Positions 57,503-63,851 of a stretch of 63,851 bases of DNA are shown here, piece by piece. Numbering within the stretch: position 1 is the stretch's first letter; every line of letters starts with the position of its first letter. The notes beneath the pieces are model-generated. The model ran no database searches and had not been told where the DNA came from. It saw only the letters and a program-made list of their open reading frames with translations. A program made the translations under genes and the position numbers. Source of the stretch: Patescibacteria group bacterium (lineage in GTDB: Bacteria > Patescibacteriota > Minisyncoccia > Phycocordibacterales > Phycocordibacteraceae); NCBI GenBank assembly GCA_013815345.1, contig JACDGK010000006.1:1-63851 (forward strand), read 5' to 3'.

Positions 57503-59675
57503 TTGTCGCTACCGGAGCAGTGTTTGGAGCGGCAGGAACAACGGGAGCCACAACGCCTGCTCCAGCAAGCCACTGCTGCAAAGGATATTCCCAATAAGCG
57601 TATTGAGCATCAGCTCCTGGAACAGGAGGTGGTCCGGCGAGAGGATTACCTTTCTGTACCCAATACAGTAGCTCATGGATCGCGATGCTCCCATCAGCAA
57701 GCGGTACTTGATACACCCCTTGCAAAGGCGCTGGTGCGGTGTCTGGAATTGCCTGCGGCTCTCCAAAGTATTCGACTGGGTGTTTTGCTATAGCCACTTG
57801 CATGAACGCATTCCACATAGGTGCCACGATATAGCCCGCGATCTCTTTCACCATCGGGCTGTTGTCGTTGTTTCCTGCCCACGTCCCAACGACGATAGAA
57901 GGGGTGTAGCCAATGGTCCACGCATCACGTGACTCATTTGTGGTACCTGTTTTTGCCGCTACGTCATAGCCTGGGAAGGTGAAAGGATTTACTGGAGGAT
58001 ATTCCGGCTGCCGGGCAGTGTTGTTAGAAAGCATAGAAGAAATATCGCGAGCAATGCCAGTACTTATAACCTGTTGAGGTTTTGGTGTGTACTGTTCCAG
58101 AACCGTGCCGTTACTATCGGTAATCTTAAGGATTCCGGCCGGAGCATTATAAACACCATTATTTGCAAATGTTCCGTATGCGTTAGTAAGGTCAAGCAAC
58201 CGCACTTCTGCAGCGCCAAGTGCAAAAGAAAGCCCGTACTGACTTGCGCTTCCGAGAGTGGTGATGCCCGCGCTCTTGGCCAGATTGATAACGTGTTGAA
58301 TTCCCGCAAGATACAATACTTTCACTGCCGGGACGTTAATAGACTGAGCGAGCGCGGTTGTGAAAGTCATAGGACCGCGAAACTGGTTGTCGTAGTTCGA
58401 AGGCGCGTAACAAGGAGGACTATCATTGTAATTATCCATTGGCGAACAGCTCGTTGAAAACTGTGTCGGCAAATCGAAAATAACCGTTTGAGGCGTGTAG
58501 CCCTCGGTGAGAGCAGTCGCATACACGAACGGCTTGAACGAAGACCCCGGCTGACGGAGCGCTAGCGTCGCGTTGTAGTTACCATCTATTTGCGTGTCGA
58601 AATAATTACGCGACCCAACCATTGCGAGAATTTGACCCGTTTTAGGATCCAATGCCACAAGCGCTGCGTTGCTCGCCCTAAACTTTTTTACGTTCGCGAG
58701 CGCGTACTGGTTCACGATCGACTCCGCTGATTTCTGGAGATCCATATCAAGTGTCGTCGTGACGGAAAGACTTTGATTTGCAACGTCAGGACCATATTTA
58801 TCCTCCAGATATTGCCGAATATAAAACACAAAGTGAGGTGCAAGTATGGAGCTATTTTGTTGCGGGCCAAATGCAACGACCTCATTCTTTGCTTTTGTAT
58901 ATTCATCTGCCGTGAGATAACCGAGCTGTTGCATACGCGCAAGCACCAAGTTTTTGCGGGAATCAAGAGAAGACCGATTGTTCCCATAGGGCGAGTAGTA
59001 GGTGGGGGACTGCGGAAGTGCAGCCAGATAGGCGGATTCTGCGACATCGAGATCTTTTGCATCAACGCCAAAATACGCGCGAGCGGCTGCCTGAGCGCCG
59101 TACAAATTGCCGCCGTACGGAGCACTATTTAAATACAGTTCGAGCACCTGGTCTTTGGTGTAGTGTTGCTCGAGCTTCCATGCGAGCACCCACTCCTGTG
59201 CTTTACGTAAAATGCTTTTCTTCTGCGTAAGTAAGCTATTTTTTACGACTTGTTGCGTGAGGGTTGAGCCACCTTGGACAAACGCGCCGCTTTTTATATC
59301 CACCAAAAGTGATCGAGCGATCGCAAGAAAAGAAACAGCGCCGTGGTGATAAAAATTCGCATCCTCGATAGCAAGTGTCGCGTGCTGAAGGTTCGATGAT
59401 ATGGCTGATAACGTCACCGTACTATGCTTCACATTAGTATTTAGGTCGTAGAGGACTGTTTCGCCGGTCCGGTCGTACAGCTTGGTCGAAGAGGTCGGCT
59501 GCTGTTCTATGAACGCGTTTACATCAGGAAGCGGCGTAAAGGCGACCCAGAGAAGAAGCGCCCCCACGAACAAAAAGCCCACCCCCAAGGCAATGAAAAC
59601 CACTTTTAAAAGCGGGGCGGGATTATGTAAAAAGCGATGATACAAGCTTTTTTTCGAAGAACTATTCTGCGGCAT
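57495..59675 (-). CDS. Class A penicillin-binding protein (PBP1A)
   Basis: AIEDANFY, QGGSTLTQQ, RKAQE, YLN; transpeptidase PGSSFKPF, QSIN and KTGT. Confidence 0.95.
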   Translation of the reverse strand: MPQNSSSKKSLYHRFLHNPAPLLKVVFIALGVGFLFVGALLLWVAFTPLPDVNAFIEQQPTSSTKLYDRTGETVLYDLNTNVKHSTVTLSAISSNLQHATLAIEDANFYHHGAVSFLAIARSLLVDIKSGAFVQGGSTLTQQVVKNSLLTQKKSILRKAQEWVLAWKLEQHYTKDQVLELYLNSAPYGGNLYGAQAAARAYFGVDAKDLDVAESAYLAALPQSPTYYSPYGNNRSSLDSRKNLVLARMQQLGYLTADEYTKAKNEVVAFGPQQNSSILAPHFVFYIRQYLEDKYGPDVANQSLSVTTTLDMDLQKSAESIVNQYALANVKKFRASNAALVALDPKTGQILAMVGSRNYFDTQIDGNYNATLALRQPGSSFKPFVYATALTEGYTPQTVIFDLPTQFSTSCSPMDNYNDSPPCYAPSNYDNQFRGPMTFTTALAQSINVPAVKVLYLAGIQHVINLAKSAGITTLGSASQYGLSFALGAAEVRLLDLTNAYGTFANNGVYNAPAGILKITDSNGTVLEQYTPKPQQVISTGIARDISSMLSNNTARQPEYPPVNPFTFPGYDVAAKTGTTNESRDAWTIGYTPSIVVGTWAGNNDNSPMVKEIAGYIVAPMWNAFMQVAIAKHPVEYFGEPQAIPDTAPAPLQGVYQVPLADGSIAIHELLYWVQKGNPLAGPPPVPGADAQYAYWEYPLQQWLAGAGVVAPVVPAAPNTAPVATTT

Positions 59676-59699
59676 TGGGTAAATCCTAACACAATTGCA

Positions 59700-59730
59700 A
59701 TGAGAGCGGCCCCGCAGGGGCCGCTCTCAT
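59700..59730. terminator. GC-rich 14-bp hairpin downstream of the acidic-protein gene (no U tract)
   Basis: ATGAGAGCGGCCCC-gca-GGGGCCGCTCTCAT. Confidence 0.6.
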
Positions 59731-59736
59731 TCATAG

Positions 59737-59937
59737 CTAATACGTCTCTTCTAACTCGTCTTCGGCACTTAAAATTTCGTCTTCATCCTCCTCTTCCTCC
59801 TCGTCTTCTTCATCTTCCAGATGAAGCCCGTGATCAGCAAGGGCCTTTGCTTCGTTTTCTTCTCCTTCTTCTCCAGGAACCAAACCTATTGGATCTTCTT
59901 CATCAAATCCTTTGTGAAGTTCGTCATCAAGAGCCAT
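59737..59937 (-). CDS. Small hyper-acidic protein (66 aa, 32 Asp/Glu)
   Basis: Open ORF with own TAATTT-N6-ATG and a downstream hairpin. Confidence 0.7.
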   Translation of the reverse strand: MALDDELHKGFDEEDPIGLVPGEEGEENEAKALADHGLHLEDEEDEEEEEDEDEILSAEDELEETY

Positions 59938-60033
59938 AGCAATAAATTATTTATCGGTAAATTCCGTCTATGAACGGGCAACCCCTTATGTGTAACAAAC
60001 CGACTGCACATTGCAAGACGGTATGGCCGGAGA

Positions 60034-60133
60034 TGTGGATAGGATTTTGTACTTTTCCACATGAGAAATCAATGACATTGTTTCCTTATGAGTCATCGAG
60101 TTAGGAAACAAGAAACACCTTTATGGTGGAAAA
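60034..60133. promoter_or_regulatory. Additional DnaA-box cluster
   Basis: TGTGGATAG (60034), TTTTCCACA (60053), GGTGGAAAA (60125), followed by an AT-rich tract. Confidence 0.5.
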
Positions 60134-60155
60134 ATAATAAAATAATGAAAAGAAG

Positions 60156-60638
60156 CTATGAAAAGCGTTTGGTGAGTGCAGCGATGCCTAGTGCGATAGC
60201 ATCGAGCTCATCATCGAGGCGCTTTTTAGGCGGTAAGGAGATAAGCTGAGGAATCATTCGAGCCACGGCAGTTTTATCCGCTGCACCATAGCCGGTAACG
60301 GCAAGTTTTACTTCTTGCGGCGAGCATTCAACCACGCGGCAGCCGGCTTTGCCGGCTGCCGCGAGTATTGCGCCGCGCGCCTCAGCAACGCCGATAGCTG
60401 TTTTTACATTCGTACTAAAAAAGAGCGTCTCGAGCGCGAATACATCTGGTGCGTACTGCGCAATTGCTTGCTCAGCAGCACGTTGCACCGCGTAGAGTCG
60501 TGCTTCCCGGGTCCCTTTTGGGGGAAGGATACAGTCACTCCACACATAGGTCGGCTTGCTGGCATCCCCCTCGACGACCGCAATACCCATGCGATCAAAT
60601 CCAGGATCGATTGCAAGTACTCGTTTTAAATTGTTCAT
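60156..60638 (-). CDS. ruvC: Holliday junction resolvase RuvC
   Basis: LAIDPG, ALETLFF, EARG, KLAVTGYGAADK, DDELDAIA. Confidence 0.96.
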   Translation of the reverse strand: MNNLKRVLAIDPGFDRMGIAVVEGDASKPTYVWSDCILPPKGTREARLYAVQRAAEQAIAQYAPDVFALETLFFSTNVKTAIGVAEARGAILAAAGKAGCRVVECSPQEVKLAVTGYGAADKTAVARMIPQLISLPPKKRLDDELDAIALGIAALTKRFS

Positions 60639-60668
60639 CGAGGATTACCTATTAGACTGCACATATAA

Positions 60669-61226
60669 TTATTCGCGTGTGCTCTCATAGCCTCGTGCAT
60701 TTGAAAATACCTGCTGCACGTCTTCATGATCATCTAAAAGTCCTAACATTTCACCAACGTTATTCTCCTCATCCCCAATAACCTCAACGAGTGGTTCATT
60801 TGGCAGGAAAGATCCATCCGGAGTTTTCGTAAAAGCCCAAAGCGCGCTACCTTGAGCAGCAAGTTCGTAGCCATTTTTCGTAAGCAAATGTTTTACCTCC
60901 TGTGTCGTACGGTTTTTGTTATCGGTGAGCGCGTCAACGACGAAAGCCGCGCCACCAGGTCCATAAAATTCATATACCACCTGCTCAAGATCATGTGCAT
61001 CTTTAGAATTACCCTTTGCTATCGCGCGCTCGATCGTGTCTTTCGGCATGTTTACTTCTTTCGCACGTGCAATAGCCGCGGAAAGTCCCGGTGACGAAAG
61101 ATTACCACCTGATTTTTTCGCCTCCAGGGTTATGAGTCTTCCAAAGCGAGAAAAGGTGCGGCTCTTTGCTGCGTCCGAGGCGCCCTTTTGTCTTTTTATT
61201 TGTGACCATTTGCTGTGACCAGACAT
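60669..61226 (-). CDS. yebC: YebC/PmpR family protein (short form)
   Basis: MSGHSKWSQIKRQK, NMPKDTIERAI, YGPGG, TDNKNRT, DDHEDVQQVFSN. Confidence 0.95.
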   Translation of the reverse strand: MSGHSKWSQIKRQKGASDAAKSRTFSRFGRLITLEAKKSGGNLSSPGLSAAIARAKEVNMPKDTIERAIAKGNSKDAHDLEQVVYEFYGPGGAAFVVDALTDNKNRTTQEVKHLLTKNGYELAAQGSALWAFTKTPDGSFLPNEPLVEVIGDEENNVGEMLGLLDDHEDVQQVFSNARGYESTRE

Positions 61227-61238
61227 AGTAATTAAAAT

Positions 61239-62231
61239 TTAAGATTTCAGATAGCTTCGACCGGTGTCGGTAAGAATACGCCCACGTGAGGACCGTTCAA
61301 TAAAACCCAAACGCAAAAGATACGGCTCGTACACGTTTTCAATGGTGTCAGGATCTTCGTGGAGTGCGGAGGCAAGTGCTCGCACGCCGGCAGGACCGCC
61401 TTTGAAGCCATCTTGCAGTGTTTGGAGATAGCGTCGATCGTCTTTCGTGAGACCAAGCGGGTCAATACCGAAAAGCAAACAGGCAGCATCACATACTTCA
61501 GGTGTTAATTCTTTCTCATGCACTTCAGCATAGTCGCGGACACGTTTCAAAAGTGCATTCGCAACCCGCGGAGTCGCGCGACTTCTCGACGCGATTTTTT
61601 CCACAACCGTACTTGGCGCATCAAGCCCCAGGACTTTTGCTGATCGTTTAATGATTGCCCGAAGATCTTCATCAGAATAAAAATCGAGCTGGTACACCCC
61701 ACCGCCGAAACGCGAACGAAGCGGGCCCGAAAGCTGTGCGACGCGAGTCGTCGCACCCACGAGCATGAATGCAGGAAGCGTAAGCTCGACCGTTCGCGCC
61801 GAAGGACCTTTTCCGAGCACAATATCTAACACTCCCGACTCAAGGGCAGGGTAGAGGAGTTCCTCGATCTTTCGGGAAAGTTGGTGTATCTCGTCTATGA
61901 AAAGTATTGAGCCAGGTTCCAGGTTCGTAAGAATGGCGGCGAGGTCGCCAGGGCGTTCAATCGCAACACCAGAGGTGTTGCGAAGAGGCGCCTCAAGTGT
62001 TGAGGCTACAAGGTGTGCGAGTGTCGTTTTCCCAACCCCCGGAGGGCCATAGAAAAGCACGTGTTCAGGCATGTCATTTCTTTTTTTTGCTGCTTCCAGC
62101 AACACTTGCACGTTATTTTTTACATGACTTTGCCCGACATATTCGTCCCAAAGGGAAGGTCGCAAGGTCGCATCCAGTTGTCGATCTGGCGTTCGCAGCA
62201 CTACCGTGACGATATCAGGGGTACTTGACAT
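61239..62231 (-). CDS. ruvB: Holliday junction branch-migration helicase RuvB
   Basis: LRP...YVGQ, YGPPGVGKTTLA, FIDEIH, GATTR, LRSRFG, EPYLL...RGR. Confidence 0.96.
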   Translation of the reverse strand: MSSTPDIVTVVLRTPDRQLDATLRPSLWDEYVGQSHVKNNVQVLLEAAKKRNDMPEHVLFYGPPGVGKTTLAHLVASTLEAPLRNTSGVAIERPGDLAAILTNLEPGSILFIDEIHQLSRKIEELLYPALESGVLDIVLGKGPSARTVELTLPAFMLVGATTRVAQLSGPLRSRFGGGVYQLDFYSDEDLRAIIKRSAKVLGLDAPSTVVEKIASRSRATPRVANALLKRVRDYAEVHEKELTPEVCDAACLLFGIDPLGLTKDDRRYLQTLQDGFKGGPAGVRALASALHEDPDTIENVYEPYLLRLGFIERSSRGRILTDTGRSYLKS

Positions 62232-62301
62232 ATAATCAGACTATGCTAGCATTATATCATACTCAGGGTCGGCCTGATATATGCACCTTCTCGCGAGAGA
62301 G

Positions 62302-62327
62302 GATTTTTTGTGCCTGCACAAAAAATC
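62302..62327. repeat. Perfect 12-bp inverted repeat with 2-nt spacer
   Basis: GATTTTTTGTGC-ct-GCACAAAAAATC. Confidence 0.8.
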
Positions 62328-62349
62328 AATCACAGGGCTTTTGTATTTT

Positions 62350-62515
62350 AAATCCTGCTCACTACCCTCTAGGCAAAGGCTTGACGGCTTCAGGGCGTTT
62401 CCCCAAGGACTTTCTGGTACCCACTTTACTGTGGGAGCGCTGGGAGCATCCTCAGGCGATTCGTTCGCTTTTCTTCACGGAAAAGGGTGCCTGGAGGGTA
62501 CTGTGCGGGATTTTT
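62350..62515 (+). ncRNA. Candidate 6S RNA (SsrS)-like structured RNA
   Basis: Closing stem AAATCCTGC/GCGGGATTT + TACCCTCTAGGCA/TGCCTGGAGGGTA, central bubble with 3' hairpin, 16-position upper stem, apical hairpin. Six G-U pairs on the + strand; ends in a T run. Confidence 0.6.
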
Positions 62516-62522
62516 CTATTTA

Positions 62523-63146
62523 TTACGGAAGTTTCGTGGCTCCAGGACAAAAACTGAATCCAAGATTGCCGCTGTCGTACGATTCATTTACGAAATACGT
62601 TGTGCCAACATAATAATTCAGACTACAAAGCTCCTCTGCAGGTATACCCAGTCGACTAATAAGAAATTGTTCAGCCTCGTGACGAGCATTTCCAATAGGT
62701 TCCTTCAAGAGAGCGATCGTAAAGGCCTGAGCCTTACTATCAAAGCCAATGTTAAAATTGGTACTCGTCGCTGCCGTACATTTAATATTAGGTAAGCAAT
62801 ATCCAAGGCTTCCCGCAAGAAGGTACGATCCGGTATTTTCAACATCCGAAATCGTCTCTCCATTATGTATGAAATCTTTAACCTGTATCGTGTTTCCAGA
62901 TTGTGTACCAACTGGCATCTGCGCGGTTGAAGGGCCAGGAGGAATATTTCCTGTTCCCGTACCAGAAGAAGGGAAGGTAATTTGATTCTGTGAACCAGGT
63001 GGTTGAGGAGCTGGAGTAATATATTTATATACGAGAAAACCGGCGAGTAATATCCCAATAAGAATCAAAAGGATCGCAAGGATTAAAAATTTCCTGTTCA
63101 TTTTAATGATTTTACCACTTATTATCCGCCACCACTTGCAACGCAA
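62523..63146 (-). CDS. Membrane-anchored hypothetical protein with Cys pairs
   Basis: N-terminal TM, Pro/Gly linker, GYCLP..KC, LCSLNYYV and FSFCPGATKLP. Confidence 0.75.
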   Translation of the reverse strand: MRCKWWRIISGKIIKMNRKFLILAILLILIGILLAGFLVYKYITPAPQPPGSQNQITFPSSGTGTGNIPPGPSTAQMPVGTQSGNTIQVKDFIHNGETISDVENTGSYLLAGSLGYCLPNIKCTAATSTNFNIGFDSKAQAFTIALLKEPIGNARHEAEQFLISRLGIPAEELCSLNYYVGTTYFVNESYDSGNLGFSFCPGATKLP

Positions 63147-63850
63147 GCTTTTTGGGTGGAGCTGCGAGGGTCAGCTGTCCAAGCCCCGTAGCTTCCATGG
63201 TTTGCTTGGATAAGACAAGCTGCTGCAGACGCACTACAGGTTAGATTGTTTGCAGCTGCTTGGCACTGCGCGGCAAGTGCTTGAGACTGAGCATCCGGCT
63301 TTGGATGCCCTCCACTGTAAGCGGCGGAGCAATTAAGATTTCCGCAAGCAGGAATATTTAAACTGTGGCAAGAATCTTTTGCACCTAAAAGTATTTGCCA
63401 CGGGCCAGAAGCGCTTGTAGATTGTCCCCCAGGAGTCGTAGCCCCTGTAGTCTTTTGACCACATGCACTTTCCGGTCGAGCAAGACAAGCCAGTATCGTG
63501 GCTTCTGAACTCGAAATATTATAACCTCCTGCAGCAGCGCTGCTTTGAACAGTACTTGCGGAACACGCCCCTGTTCCGTTTTGTGGCAATGTCCCCCCCG
63601 CCCCAGGCACACTCGGCCCAGTCCCTCCAGTCCCTCCACTAGTGTTAGCAGCGTCCGTGAGGCCAGGAAGAGGAGGAGGGTTGGCTTTAGCTATGAAGCA
63701 CTTGTCTCCACTATCAGCCAGTATAGAGTTCCAGGGTCCAAAGGAGCTTCCACTGTTATAGATAACCTTCATAAGGGAATCTATGAGAAGCCAGGCCACG
63801 AGTACTATCACAAGCCCTATAACCGCATTGAAGAGCCGTGCACGGGCTTT
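63122..63850 (-). CDS. Pilin (VirB2-like) fused to a lytic transglycosylase/lysozyme-like domain (5' end beyond the right edge)
   Basis: In frame to the edge: KARARLFNAVIGLVIVLVAWLLID pilin helix; later LARPESACG, ASGPWQI and ASAAACL...GSYGAW. Confidence 0.65.
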   Translation of the reverse strand, partial: KARARLFNAVIGLVIVLVAWLLIDSLMKVIYNSGSSFGPWNSILADSGDKCFIAKANPPPLPGLTDAANTSGGTGGTGPSVPGAGGTLPQNGTGACSASTVQSSAAAGGYNISSSEATILACLARPESACGQKTTGATTPGGQSTSASGPWQILLGAKDSCHSLNIPACGNLNCSAAYSGGHPKPDAQSQALAAQCQAAANNLTCSASAAACLIQANHGSYGAWTADPRSSTQKACVASGGG

Positions 63851-63851
63851 C

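Noticed and set aside
62225-62613. ORFs 62225-62557 and 62281-62613 as proteins
   Set aside because: No protein-like features, they overlap neighbouring genes in antisense, and the region is better explained by the structured RNA.

Overview
A 63.9-kb piece of core chromosome from a small-genome bacterium using the standard genetic code. The gene set (type IV pili, VirB4/PrgI/pilin cluster, comEC, comM, AICARFT-only PurH, orphan membrane proteins, tRNAs without CCA) points by inference to Patescibacteria/CPR (Parcubacteria-like). It spans the replication origin region (yidC-rnpA-rpmH-dnaA-oriC-dnaN) and contains about 58 CDSs, including a comEC and rpmH missed by the ORF track, plus 4 tRNAs and several terminators. 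No CRISPR array, rRNA, IS element or prophage was seen. The best leads are: (1) an unannotated ~165-nt RNA at 62350-62515 with 6S RNA (SsrS) topology and strand-biased G-U pairs; (2) four helically phased TTACAAT repeats in front of a wHTH-HATPase-STAS-like fusion gene; (3) a window-wide TAnnnT-N6/7-start pattern implying mostly leaderless mRNAs, with the few Shine-Dalgarno-led genes marking likely foreign islets; (4) a relaxase-free T4SS-like surface locus beside oriC plus a pilin-lytic transglycosylase fusion; (5) a divergent half-PurH and a PGK with altered substrate-binding residues. All calls were made by eye, without database searches.
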